A DNA stretch of 64,000 nucleotides from Candidatus Omnitrophota bacterium (lineage in GTDB: Bacteria; Omnitrophota; Gorgyraeia; Velamenicoccales; JABMQK01). Made by a program: the position numbers and the translations under genes. The notes beneath the pieces are model-generated. The model made no database searches, was not told the origin of the DNA, and saw nothing but the letters and a program-made list of their open reading frames with translations. Positions 36,436 to 45,747 of the stretch are shown piece by piece. Position 1 is the first letter of the stretch, and each line of letters begins with the position of its first letter. The stretch spans positions 390,032-454,031 of the forward strand of contig JAQTSV010000001.1 of the NCBI GenBank assembly GCA_028711115.1, written 5' to 3'.

Positions 36436-36909
36436 ATGTTAGAAGACAAAATATTGGCAGATTTTAAGGAAGCGATGAAGAGCAAAAATAATCTCAGGAG
36501 TTCCACTTTGAGTTTTCTGCGCTCTCAATTAAAGAATGCAGCCATAGAAAAGAGAAAGGATAAGCTCGACGATAGCGAAGTAATAGTGGTGATTAAAAAA
36601 CAGGTTAAGCAAAGACAGGATTCCATAGAGCAGTTTAAGAGCGGAGGAAGGTTAGACTTAGCCAATAAAGAGCAGGGCGAATTGGAAATTTTAAAGACAT
36701 ACCTGCCTCAAGAATTATCCAAGGAAGAAGTGGAAAAGATTATTGAGGAAACAATTGTTCAGCTTTGCGCAAGCGGAATAAAAGATATGGGTAAGGTGAT
36801 GAAAGAAGTAACGCCAAAAGTTGCGGGCAGAGTGGATAATAAGTTCTTAAGCGACTCGGTAAGGGCAAGATTGACAAAAAATGAAAGCAGTAATCCAGAG
36901 AGTAAGTAG
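36436..36909 (+). CDS. yqeY: GatB/YqeY domain protein
   Basis: I..D.K.AMK.......STL....S..KN..IE and QR..S...F..GGR.DLA..E..E...L..YLP pattern. Confidence 0.85.
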   Translation: MLEDKILADFKEAMKSKNNLRSSTLSFLRSQLKNAAIEKRKDKLDDSEVIVVIKKQVKQRQDSIEQFKSGGRLDLANKEQGELEILKTYLPQELSKEEVEKIIEETIVQLCASGIKDMGKVMKEVTPKVAGRVDNKFLSDSVRARLTKNESSNPESK

Positions 36910-37333
36910 TGCCTGCGTTAAAATAAATAATCAGGCGATATCCAATATAAAAAAAGGATTAGTTATCTTATTAGGTATCTCCGAAGCAGATACGAAAAAA
37001 GATATAGACATAATTGTAGACAAGATTAAAAATCTGCGCATCTTTGAAGATTTACAAGGCAAGATGAATAGCTCGCTGCAAGATATAAACGGCGAATTAT
37101 TGGTTGTGTCGCAATTTACGCTCCTGGCTGATTTAAGCAAAGGGCGCAGGCCTTCGTTTTCGCAAGCGGCTGCTCCGGAGAAAGCTGAAAATATTTATAA
37201 ACAGGTGATTGCCGGCTTTAAAAAGTGTGACATTAAAGTAGAAACCGGCGAATTCGGCCAGGATATGCAGGTAGAGCTGATTAACGACGGTCCTGTAACG
37301 TTGATTTTCGATACAAACAGAGAAAATATTTAG
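36881..37333 (+). CDS. dtd: D-aminoacyl-tRNA deacylase
   Basis: MKAVIQRVS N-terminus, SQFTL and NDGPVT motifs. Confidence 0.95.
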   Translation: MKAVIQRVSSACVKINNQAISNIKKGLVILLGISEADTKKDIDIIVDKIKNLRIFEDLQGKMNSSLQDINGELLVVSQFTLLADLSKGRRPSFSQAAAPEKAENIYKQVIAGFKKCDIKVETGEFGQDMQVELINDGPVTLIFDTNRENI

Positions 37334-37401
37334 AAATTTTCTGAAAAATAAAAGATATTTAGCCACATTATTTAAAATATAGGGAAAATCTAAGAAATTT
37401 A

Positions 37402-37430
37402 TTGACTTAGCCTTTTATTTTATATATTAT
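37402..37430 (+). promoter_or_regulatory. Putative promoter P1 (TTGACT-17-TATTAT)
   Basis: Read directly in the 190-nt AT-rich gap after dtd. Confidence 0.4.
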
Positions 37431-37467
37431 ATTTTCAAAAATTAATTAAGCTTTATTGAAAATTCTA

Positions 37468-37495
37468 TTGACATTCACCCAAATTTTATTAAAAT
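37468..37495 (+). promoter_or_regulatory. Putative promoter P2 (TTGACA-16-TAAAAT)
   Basis: Read directly. About 30 nt upstream of the ATG at 37525, which has a GGGGG RBS. Confidence 0.4.
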
Positions 37496-37524
37496 AAATT
37501 TATAGAAAGGAAAACAAAGGGGGA

Positions 37525-37842
37525 ATGGGAAACCAAAAAGAAGGTTTCTTTACAGTAGCAGATAAAATTGGCCATACAGGCAAGTATGTTCTTCGACCAT
37601 GTGTAGCAAGGAATATAAATTCCATCGAATTATTCAGCGAAGCAAGAAATACCACAAATACAATCCTTCCGGAAGAAAAAAATCATAACTTTTCATCCAA
37701 ACAAAGCGCATCAGGAGCAATTGTTATCCCGAAATCCCACAAAGTTAATCAAACATGGACTAAGTTTAATTATGCAGTTATAAATTTTGTAAAGCGGTTG
37801 CGGTATTTAAAAAGTTATTCTCAACTATTAGAAAGGACATAG
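37525..37842 (+). CDS. Hypothetical protein (105 aa)
   Basis: ORF with a strong RBS (AAAGGGGGA) behind tandem promoter-like elements. No family recognised. Confidence 0.45.
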   Translation: MGNQKEGFFTVADKIGHTGKYVLRPCVARNINSIELFSEARNTTNTILPEEKNHNFSSKQSASGAIVIPKSHKVNQTWTKFNYAVINFVKRLRYLKSYSQLLERT

Positions 37843-37845
37843 AAG

Positions 37846-38211
37846 ATGAAGCAAGATGAACTTTACGGTATGGAGATAATTTTAGATCTCTATGGCTGTG
37901 ATTACAAGGTTATTACTTCGAGAAGCGCTCTTCGTAATTTCGTGCGCAGGATGTGTAAGCTTTTAGATATGAAGAGATTTGGAAAAACTCTTCTGCCCCA
38001 TTTCGGCCACAGCGATCCCAAAACATCGGGATATTCGATGTTGCAATTCATAGAAACAAGTTCTATCACCGGACATTTTTCCGAATCCAAGAAGAGTGCC
38101 TACATAAATATATTTTCCTGTCGGATGTTTGATGCTGCCAAGGCGATTAACTTCACAAAGAAATTCTTTAAAGCAAAGAAAGTTAAGGCAAGAACGCTTA
38201 TCCGCAAATAA
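37846..38211 (+). CDS. S-adenosylmethionine-decarboxylase-fold (SpeH/class 1b-like) pyruvoyl-type protein, divergent
   Basis: Aligns by eye along its whole length with Thermotoga-type SpeH: LDLYGCD vs AEFYECD; FIETSSITGHFSES vs VISESHLTIHTWPE; INIFSCR vs IDLFTCG. Confidence 0.55.
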   Translation: MKQDELYGMEIILDLYGCDYKVITSRSALRNFVRRMCKLLDMKRFGKTLLPHFGHSDPKTSGYSMLQFIETSSITGHFSESKKSAYINIFSCRMFDAAKAINFTKKFFKAKKVKARTLIRK

Positions 38212-38243
38212 ATTACCAATCACCATTTTCTCGTCTTAATATA

Positions 38244-38477
38244 ATGAAAATGAGAAATATTTTATTAGTTGTTTTATGTTTTTCTCTGGTGGGCTGTTCT
38301 ATCTTTACAAAAAGTAATAAAATAAACCAGGTTAAAGAATCCCTTGCAGAGAAAGATCAGGAAATCGCAGATTTACAGAATTTATTGGGAGAAAAAGAAC
38401 GCCAGATTTCCGAGAAAGATGCCAAGATAGAAGATCTAAGCAAGAAACTAGAGATGTTTGGCGTGTTTGAAAAATAA
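38244..38477 (+). CDS. Small coiled-coil lipoprotein
   Basis: Signal peptide with lipobox SLVGC, then a heptad-like charged region. Confidence 0.5.
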   Translation: MKMRNILLVVLCFSLVGCSIFTKSNKINQVKESLAEKDQEIADLQNLLGEKERQISEKDAKIEDLSKKLEMFGVFEK

Positions 38478-38516
38478 CTATGTATTTTACAGGCCAGATA
38501 GATTAGAATAAGAATT

Positions 38517-39377
38517 ATGATAAAAGATATCTTTCTAGATTCCGATTTGCAGACTCGCATAATTTTGTCCATAGGAATTATGCTTTTCTTCTACCTTGCA
38601 AAGAGAACAGCATCTTATTCCATAAATAAATATATAGAAAATATAAATTTAAAACATACCTTTAAGAGGCTGGCTGTTTATATTTCTGGCGCTTTGGTTC
38701 TTTTAATCTTGGGTTTTATTTGGCTGAGAAAGATACATTTGGGAATTATTCTTTCCTTGTCCACCGCAGGGTTAATTATTTCTTTGGGCGATCTCATCTT
38801 AAGTTTTGTGGCCTGGTTTTTTATTACCTTAAGGAAACCTTTTGAGATTGGCGAACGGGTGCAGATAGGTTCCATCAAAGGAGATGTTGTGGACATCAGG
38901 GGATTTGATGTAACTTTGTTAGAGATCGGGGGCTGGATAGACGAAGAGCAGTCTACAGGAAGAGTTGTGCATATTCCAAACAATTTCATCTTCAGGCAGC
39001 CCGTTTATAATTATACAAAAGGTTTTAACTTTATCTGGAATGAAATAAAGATTACCATTACCTTTGAAAGCAATTATAAGAATGCAAAAGACATCTGCCT
39101 TAAGTATCTTAGTGAGTTTCATAATAGCTGGGCAGAGGATTTGGATAAGAAAATAAAGCATGCACAGAATATCTACGCTATTTACTATAAAGAGCTTAAT
39201 CCTATAGTCTATGTAAAGATTGTTGATAGCGGAGTGGTTTTGAGTTTAAGGTATCTCGTTGAGCCTCACAACAGGAGATTTTCCGAGAACTTTTTATACG
39301 GGAAGATTTTAGATGAATTTTCCAAAGCAGACGATATTAAATTTGCTTACACGACCTATAGGATCACTGATAAATAG
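38517..39377 (+). CDS. Mechanosensitive ion channel (MscS family)
   Basis: Three N-terminal TM helices followed by PF.IGERVQIG...G.V.DI....T.L pattern. Confidence 0.8.
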   Translation: MIKDIFLDSDLQTRIILSIGIMLFFYLAKRTASYSINKYIENINLKHTFKRLAVYISGALVLLILGFIWLRKIHLGIILSLSTAGLIISLGDLILSFVAWFFITLRKPFEIGERVQIGSIKGDVVDIRGFDVTLLEIGGWIDEEQSTGRVVHIPNNFIFRQPVYNYTKGFNFIWNEIKITITFESNYKNAKDICLKYLSEFHNSWAEDLDKKIKHAQNIYAIYYKELNPIVYVKIVDSGVVLSLRYLVEPHNRRFSENFLYGKILDEFSKADDIKFAYTTYRITDK

Positions 39378-39406
39378 TTTAATTTTTTAGATTAAGAATA
39401 TATTTT

Positions 39407-40756
39407 ATGAAGAAGGATACGTTCCATCTTAATATTTCCACCTCGGATAATTTAGGCATAGGATTATTTAAATATTCCTTGTTGCCCGATGAGAAATTCA
39501 TCATTACGAATTCCATGTTAGCCAAGATGCTGGGTTATTCCTTAAAGAGCGAATTTAAGAATTTAAAATTAGATAATTTATTTTTGAATGCGCAGGACAG
39601 AGATGTTTTTTTTAAAACGTTAAAAAAGAAAAAAAGAATTAAATTCTTCGAAACTACTTTTAGAAAAAAGAACGGCGGCAGTTTGTGGGTAGCCATTACC
39701 GCTTCTCAGATCGGCTCACGTGATAAAAAATATCTCGAAGGAATAATCGAAGATATCTCTTTGCACAGACAGATGGAAGAAAAACTGGCTTTGGAAAGAG
39801 ATTTCATGCAGGGCCTTTTGGACAATATACCGGATGCCATTTATTTTAAAGACCGTCAGAACAAAATCATCAAAGTGAATAAATTTTATGTGCAGGGTTT
39901 AAATTTAAAGTATGAGGATATTATCGGCAAGACAGATTTTGATTTCTTCTCTGCCGACCAGGCAAAGAGAATGCTCGACGACGATAATTATGTTTTGAAT
40001 ACGGGTAAGCCTATCGTAGGAAAAATCGAACATAATGTGCTTCCCGATGGCTCGTGGAGCCAGGTGATTACCACCAAAATTCCTATGTATGATAGAAATG
40101 GTAAAATTATCGGCACAATGGGCATCACCAGAGATATGACTGCCTATGCTAATTTAGAGAGAGAAAGACTGGATATGTTAATCAATGCACTGACAGTTTT
40201 AAGCAGGGTGCTGGAGATGCGGGATCCCTATACCTCCAATCATAACAACAATGTAGCCAATATCGCCGAGAAGATCGCAAGGGTATTGGGCTGGGATGAG
40301 AACCGTCTTTTGGGAATCCGTCTGGCAGGCCAGCTTCACGATTTGGGAAAAATTGGTATTCCCTTGGATATTCTGAACAAACCGGGAAAATTAAGTAATT
40401 TAGAATATCGTCTTATTCAGGAACATGTCAAGAAGTGTTATGATATCATTAAGGATGTGAATTTCCCATTTTCCCTGGCAGAGACAATATACCAGCACCA
40501 TGAGCGTTTGGATGGTTCGGGTTATCCCAGAGAACTGAAGCAGGACGGCATTATATTGGAGGCGCGCATTCTTGCCATAAGCGATGTTTTGGAATCCATG
40601 ACTTCATATCGTCCTTACCGTGAAGCCTTAGGGCTGGAAAAGGCAATGCTGGAACTCCAAGAAGGTAGCGGCTCCAGATATGACTCCGAGATAGTAAAAA
40701 TCGTCTTTAATCTCGTCAAAGATAATCAAGGCAAGGTATTTTGGGGAATTAATTAG
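39407..40756 (+). CDS. PAS-domain HD-GYP c-di-GMP phosphodiesterase
   Basis: HDLGKIGIP and HHERLDGSGYP motifs, with two PAS-like segments upstream. Confidence 0.85.
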   Translation: MKKDTFHLNISTSDNLGIGLFKYSLLPDEKFIITNSMLAKMLGYSLKSEFKNLKLDNLFLNAQDRDVFFKTLKKKKRIKFFETTFRKKNGGSLWVAITASQIGSRDKKYLEGIIEDISLHRQMEEKLALERDFMQGLLDNIPDAIYFKDRQNKIIKVNKFYVQGLNLKYEDIIGKTDFDFFSADQAKRMLDDDNYVLNTGKPIVGKIEHNVLPDGSWSQVITTKIPMYDRNGKIIGTMGITRDMTAYANLERERLDMLINALTVLSRVLEMRDPYTSNHNNNVANIAEKIARVLGWDENRLLGIRLAGQLHDLGKIGIPLDILNKPGKLSNLEYRLIQEHVKKCYDIIKDVNFPFSLAETIYQHHERLDGSGYPRELKQDGIILEARILAISDVLESMTSYRPYREALGLEKAMLELQEGSGSRYDSEIVKIVFNLVKDNQGKVFWGIN

Positions 40757-40896
40757 TATTTTTTAAAATAGTTTATCCCGGATTGAAAACTCTATCCAGT
40801 TATCCCGCCTTATTTTATTCCTAGCTAAAAGAGCCCCTTAAGTTAAAAACGAATTTACTTGGATTTAGAAAAATCCCGAATAAATTATGGAATAAG

Positions 40897-40925
40897 TTGA
40901 CACTATAACTATGCTTATATATAAT
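40897..40925 (+). promoter_or_regulatory. Perfect consensus sigma70 promoter TTGACA-17-TATAAT abutting the lysS start
   Basis: TTGACA at 40897-40902, a 17-nt spacer, and TATAAT at 40920-40925. ATG codons follow at 40928 and 40934, and no SD sequence is present. Confidence 0.5.
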
Positions 40926-40927
40926 AT

Positions 40928-42379
40928 ATGGTTATGGAATTAGCTGACATTATAAAACAAAGAAAAGCTAAGTTGAAGTCATTCAAAGATAAAGGGATAG
41001 AGCTTTACGCCCATAAATTTGTACGCAGTAATTCTGTCTCTGAATTGATTGCTGATTTTAAGGAAGAACAGAGGGTTTGTGTAGCCGGAAGAATGACGGC
41101 AAAACGCACCCATGGCAAGGCTTGTTTCTGCGATTTAAAAGACCAGTCAGCCAAGATTCAGATTTATGTAAGAAACGATATCATAGGCGAGGAGAATTTC
41201 TCGTTATTTCAGGAGCTTGATATAGGAGATTTTATCGGGGTAAGCGGCACGTTGTTTAAGACGCACACCGGAGAAATAACAATAAAGGTAGAAAGCTTTA
41301 CGCTGCTTTCTAAATCCCTGAGGCCAATGCCGGAAAAATGGCATGGGCTTAAGGATATTCAGTTAAGATACCGGCAAAGATATCTGGATTTAATTGCCAA
41401 TGAAGACGTAAAGAAAGTTTTCTTGATGCGTTCCAAAATAGTTTCCTGTATAAGAAGTTTTCTGGACAAGAAAGGTTTTATCGAGGTAGAAACGCCGATG
41501 ATGCATTATATCCCCGGCGGAGCTGCAGGAAAGCCGTTTGAAACGCACCATAACGAATTGGATATGGATTTGTATTTAAGGATAGCGCCTGAATTGTATC
41601 TGAAGCGCCTGCTCGTGGGAGGTTTTGAGAAAGTATACGAGATTAACCGTAGTTTCCGTAATGAGGGAACCTCTACGCGCCACAACCCAGAATTTACTAT
41701 GCTGGAGATATACAGTGCTTACGATAATTACGAAGATATGATGCAGTTATGCCAGGAACTGATTGCAAGCTGCGCCCAGGAAGTTTTAGGCAGGACAAGA
41801 ATCACATTCAGCGGCAAAGATATTGAGCTTGTCAGCCAGTGGCAGAAGCGTTCTTTTGCCGAAGCGGTGAAAGATAAATTCGGCATTGTTCCCGAAGATG
41901 ACGTAAAGACAATGATAAAGAAATTGAACGAAAAAGGAAGGGGTATCAAGGAAGAAAAATTATCGCGTATGCAGATTGTGCGCATTATCGAGGAATTTTT
42001 GCAGGAAGGCCAGAGTGAATTGCCGGTATTTTTTACGGATTATTTCAGCATCCTTTGTCCTTTGGCAAAAAATAAAAAAGATAATCCGTTGTTATCTGAG
42101 AGATTTGAATTGTTTATAGGCGGAATGGAAGTCGCCAATGCCTATTCGGAATTGAATGATCCCGTAGAGCAGAAGAACAGATTTCTCGAAGAAATTAAAG
42201 AGGAGAAAGACAAAAAGGCTTTAGATGAAGATTATATCAACGCCTTGGAATACGGCATGCCTCCTGCCGGCGGTTTGGGGATTGGCATAGACAGATTAGC
42301 AATGATATTCTTGGATCAGCCTTCGATTCGCGATGTTATTCTCTTCCCGTTATTGCGCCCGGAAAAGACCGACGAATAG
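40928..42379 (+). CDS. lysS: Lysyl-tRNA synthetase, class II
   Basis: Full-length class II LysRS (OB-fold, motifs 1-3; GGLGIGIDRL). The true start is possibly the second ATG at 40934 (see the leaderless finding). Confidence 0.95.
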   Translation: MVMELADIIKQRKAKLKSFKDKGIELYAHKFVRSNSVSELIADFKEEQRVCVAGRMTAKRTHGKACFCDLKDQSAKIQIYVRNDIIGEENFSLFQELDIGDFIGVSGTLFKTHTGEITIKVESFTLLSKSLRPMPEKWHGLKDIQLRYRQRYLDLIANEDVKKVFLMRSKIVSCIRSFLDKKGFIEVETPMMHYIPGGAAGKPFETHHNELDMDLYLRIAPELYLKRLLVGGFEKVYEINRSFRNEGTSTRHNPEFTMLEIYSAYDNYEDMMQLCQELIASCAQEVLGRTRITFSGKDIELVSQWQKRSFAEAVKDKFGIVPEDDVKTMIKKLNEKGRGIKEEKLSRMQIVRIIEEFLQEGQSELPVFFTDYFSILCPLAKNKKDNPLLSERFELFIGGMEVANAYSELNDPVEQKNRFLEEIKEEKDKKALDEDYINALEYGMPPAGGLGIGIDRLAMIFLDQPSIRDVILFPLLRPEKTDE

Positions 42380-42394
42380 AAGAATAGCTAAATT

Positions 42395-43582
42395 ATGAAG
42401 TTTGAACTTTGGATAAGCTGGAGATATTTTATAACAAAACAGAAAGAAAGGTTTATTTCTGTAATCAGTATAATTTCCGTGCTGGGGATTGCTATCGGAG
42501 TTACGGCCTTGATCGGAACGCTGGGAGTGATGACAGGTTTTGGTAATCAGTTAAGGGAGAAAATAATCGGTGCCAATGCACACATAACGATAATGGGCGA
42601 TTCTTACATTACCGACTATAAATCTCAGGAAGAAAAATTAAAAAAGCTCGCTTATGTCAAAGCAGTGACAGAAAATATCCAGGGACAGGCATTTTTTTAT
42701 TACGGCAACAAAGCATCGTCTTTGGCTGTGAGGGGCATTAATCCCGCCAGAGAACTGAAAGTTACGAAGATAAGAGATTATCTGAAAAAAGGAAGTTTAC
42801 TGATTAAAAAAGGCGAGATAGTAGTCGGCAAGGAATTGGCGCTGTACTTAGGTTTGGATATAGGCAGTACCTTAAGCCTGGGTTCGCCTATTACTGGCAA
42901 GATGCAGAGTTTTACCGTGGCGGGGATTTTTGATTCAGGATATTACGAATACGATTCCAATTTGGTATTGGTCACCATTGCCGATGCGCAGGAATTATTT
43001 GTTTTACCGCAAGATGCAGTTACCGAGATAGGTATAAGGATTGATAAGCCTCAATTAGCGGCAAAATTAAAGAAAGATATTGCTTCCTTTGTCGGGCCGC
43101 AGTTTCGGGTCAGGACGTGGATGGATATAAATAAAAGCCTGCTTGCAGCTTTAAAATTAGAAAAGTTTGTTATGTTTCTGGTGGTTGTGCTCATTGTTTT
43201 AGTGGCTTCTTTTAATATTGCTTCCACATTGATAGTTACGGTGACAAAAAAGATAAAAGACATAGGTATTTTGAGGTCTGTTGGCATTACGGGTTCAAGT
43301 ATTGCCCAGATATTTGCTTTGGGAGGATTATTTTTGGGGATTATGGGTATAGTTTTAGGAATTTGCGGCGGATTATTGGTGTGTTATATTATCAGAAATA
43401 TTCATCATTTTATTGAGATACCCCAGGATATTTATTATTTTGACAGGGTTCCCGTGGCATTTAATTTACAGGATTTGGTGTGGATATCTCTCAGTGCGAT
43501 TATCATTTGTTTCTTATCAACGATTTATCCGGCCTGGAGGGCTTCTAAACTTAAAGCAATAGATGCTTTACGTTACGAATAA
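42395..43582 (+). CDS. lolC: Lipoprotein-releasing ABC transporter permease LolC/LolE
   Basis: FE..I..RY N-terminus, MacB-like periplasmic domain, FtsX-type C-terminal TM bundle. Followed by lolD. Confidence 0.85.
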   Translation: MKFELWISWRYFITKQKERFISVISIISVLGIAIGVTALIGTLGVMTGFGNQLREKIIGANAHITIMGDSYITDYKSQEEKLKKLAYVKAVTENIQGQAFFYYGNKASSLAVRGINPARELKVTKIRDYLKKGSLLIKKGEIVVGKELALYLGLDIGSTLSLGSPITGKMQSFTVAGIFDSGYYEYDSNLVLVTIADAQELFVLPQDAVTEIGIRIDKPQLAAKLKKDIASFVGPQFRVRTWMDINKSLLAALKLEKFVMFLVVVLIVLVASFNIASTLIVTVTKKIKDIGILRSVGITGSSIAQIFALGGLFLGIMGIVLGICGGLLVCYIIRNIHHFIEIPQDIYYFDRVPVAFNLQDLVWISLSAIIICFLSTIYPAWRASKLKAIDALRYE

Positions 43583-43587
43583 TTCTT

Positions 43588-44256
43588 ATGCTTGAGGCAA
43601 TAGGTTTAACCAAGGAATATGAAGTAGGTTTAAATGTATTGGAGGTATTGAAAGGAATTGATTTATCCGTCAAGAAAGGCGAGGTCCTGGGAATAGTCGG
43701 TCCGTCTGGCGCGGGGAAATCCACGCTCCTGCATCTTTTGGGAGGGTTGGATGATCCCACTAGAGGCAAAGTGCTCTTGGAAGGCACGGACATCGCCGAA
43801 CTTAATGATAAAAAACGCGCACAGCTGCGCAACATATATTTTGGTTTTGTGTTTCAGTTTTATCATCTGTTGTCTGAATTTACTGCCGTAGAGAACGTGA
43901 TGTTGCCTGCGTTAATAACGAACAGGGAAAGCAGAAGCAGGATAAAAGAAAAGGCGCAGGTTTTGCTTAAAAGGTGCGGTTTGCTTGAGAGGTTGTATCA
44001 TCGTCCATCAGAGCTTTCCGGCGGAGAACAACAGCGGGTGGCTATAGCCAGAGCACTGATTAATAGACCGCAGATACTTTTTTGTGACGAGCCCACCGGC
44101 AATTTGGATACAGAAACAGGCTCAAGCATTAAGAATTTACTCTGGCAGCTTAACAAAGAATACAATACCACGTTATTAATCGTCACGCATGCGCAGGAAA
44201 TAGTCAAAGACGCAACCAGGATTATACATCTAAAGGACGGGAAAATGTTAAATTAG
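43588..44256 (+). CDS. lolD: Lipoprotein-releasing system ATP-binding protein LolD
   Basis: Walker A GPSGAGKST, signature LSGGEQQRVAIARAL, Walker B ILFCDEPTGNLD. Confidence 0.9.
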   Translation: MLEAIGLTKEYEVGLNVLEVLKGIDLSVKKGEVLGIVGPSGAGKSTLLHLLGGLDDPTRGKVLLEGTDIAELNDKKRAQLRNIYFGFVFQFYHLLSEFTAVENVMLPALITNRESRSRIKEKAQVLLKRCGLLERLYHRPSELSGGEQQRVAIARALINRPQILFCDEPTGNLDTETGSSIKNLLWQLNKEYNTTLLIVTHAQEIVKDATRIIHLKDGKMLN

Positions 44257-44264
44257 GAGGAATT

Positions 44265-45137
44265 ATGAAGATTTATCTCAATGGAAAATTAGTGGATAAA
44301 GAGGACGCAAAAATCTCGGTGTATGACCACGGGCTTTTATACGGCGACGGAGTGTTTGAGGGAATCCGTTCGTATGATTGTCTGGTGTTTAAATTAAAAG
44401 AGCACATTGACAGGCTGTATAATTCAGCCCAGGCGATCCGGCTTAAAATCACTCTTACAAAAGAAGAGATGATTAAGGCGGTGATAGGCACTCTTAAAGC
44501 CAATAAATTGCGCGATGCATACATTCGAGTGGTTGTGACAAGAGGGGAAGGCGATTTAGGCCTTGATCCGCGCAAATGCAAAGCGCCGTCAATTTTTATT
44601 ATCACCGACAAAATTGTGCTTTATCCTAAACAGTTATACGAAAAAGGACTCTCTATCGTGACAGTGCCTACGCCTCGCAATATTCCGGAGGCATTGAATC
44701 CGCAGATAAAGTCTCTGAATTACCTTAATAATATTTTGGCCAAGATTGAAGCAATCAACTTTAATGTGGAGGAGGCGTTGATGTTGAATAAAGATGGTTT
44801 GGTTGCTGAATGCACAGGCGATAATATTTTTATGCTGAAGAACCATACGCTTATGACGCCGCCCACTGCCATAGGAGTCCTGGCCGGTATTACCAGGCAG
44901 TGCGTTCTGGATTTGGCGCCAAAGTCGGGTTTAAACGCAGAAGAAAAGTTAATTACGCGTTACGATTTATTCAATGCCGACGAAGTATTTTTGACCGGTA
45001 CGGCTGCAGAAATTATTCCTGTGGTGAATATCGACGGTAGGACTATCTGTAACGGTAAGCCTGGAAAATTTACCTTAAATTTAATAAAGGAATTCCGCAA
45101 GGTTACGAAAACACAAGGAGTGCGTTATGCTTTGTGA
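44265..45137 (+). CDS. ilvE: Branched-chain amino acid aminotransferase (class IV PLP fold)
   Basis: DHGLLYGDGVFEGIR, YIR.VVTRG and N.....K......N motifs of fold-type IV aminotransferases. Specificity as IlvE versus Dat/PabC cannot be proven from sequence. Confidence 0.75.
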   Translation: MKIYLNGKLVDKEDAKISVYDHGLLYGDGVFEGIRSYDCLVFKLKEHIDRLYNSAQAIRLKITLTKEEMIKAVIGTLKANKLRDAYIRVVVTRGEGDLGLDPRKCKAPSIFIITDKIVLYPKQLYEKGLSIVTVPTPRNIPEALNPQIKSLNYLNNILAKIEAINFNVEEALMLNKDGLVAECTGDNIFMLKNHTLMTPPTAIGVLAGITRQCVLDLAPKSGLNAEEKLITRYDLFNADEVFLTGTAAEIIPVVNIDGRTICNGKPGKFTLNLIKEFRKVTKTQGVRYAL

Positions 45138-45732
45138 TGTTTGCGGTAAAAATCAGGCCACAGTGCATCTTACAGAAATAGTCGATGAGCAGATGACCGA
45201 GCTGCATTTGTGCGAAGAATGCGCAAGGCAGAAGAGCTCACAGATGGAGCAACAGTTCGGGTTGGCCGATTTATTGGCCGGCCTGGTTGATTTTGGCAAG
45301 CACGCCGAAGGCCAGGAACTGGCTAAGATTCGTTGCCCCAGCTGCAATCTAAGTTACGAGGATTTCAAAAAGATAGGCAGGCTTGGCTGTAGCAATTGCT
45401 ACACTACTTTTATAAGGTATCTGACACCGCTTTTGAAGCGTATTCACGGTACGACTGTGCACACAGGAAAATTTCCTAAAGGCGTTAGCGCTCCGGCTCC
45501 GGAAGTAGCACTGAAAAAACCAGAGGCCGCAGCAAAACCCAAGACTGAGTTATCAGAATTAAAAAATAAACTGCAGGAAGCCGTAAGGACGGAAAATTTC
45601 GAAGAGGCAGCGAGATTGCGTGATAAAGTAAAAGAACTGGAAAAAAAAGCAGAAGGTTCTGATAAAGGCGAAACAGCATCTCGTGATACAACTACCAAGA
45701 AGAAAAGGGAGCCTCGGCAGGATTCTAAATAG
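45127..45732 (+). CDS. mcsA: McsA-like activator of protein arginine kinase (two zinc ribbons + UVR motif)
   Basis: CDVCGKNQATVH...LCEECA, CPSC...CSNCY, and UVR-like ENFEEAARLRDKVKELE. Directly upstream of mcsB-clpC. Confidence 0.8.
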   Translation: MLCDVCGKNQATVHLTEIVDEQMTELHLCEECARQKSSQMEQQFGLADLLAGLVDFGKHAEGQELAKIRCPSCNLSYEDFKKIGRLGCSNCYTTFIRYLTPLLKRIHGTTVHTGKFPKGVSAPAPEVALKKPEAAAKPKTELSELKNKLQEAVRTENFEEAARLRDKVKELEKKAEGSDKGETASRDTTTKKKREPRQDSK

Positions 45733-45747
45733 GAGGTTTGTCAATAG

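Noticed and set aside
40757-40927. A T-box or other riboswitch leader upstream of lysS.
   Set aside because: No T-box consensus or specifier-loop architecture is visible. The best promoter lies at the extreme 3' end of the gap, leaving no leader to fold.
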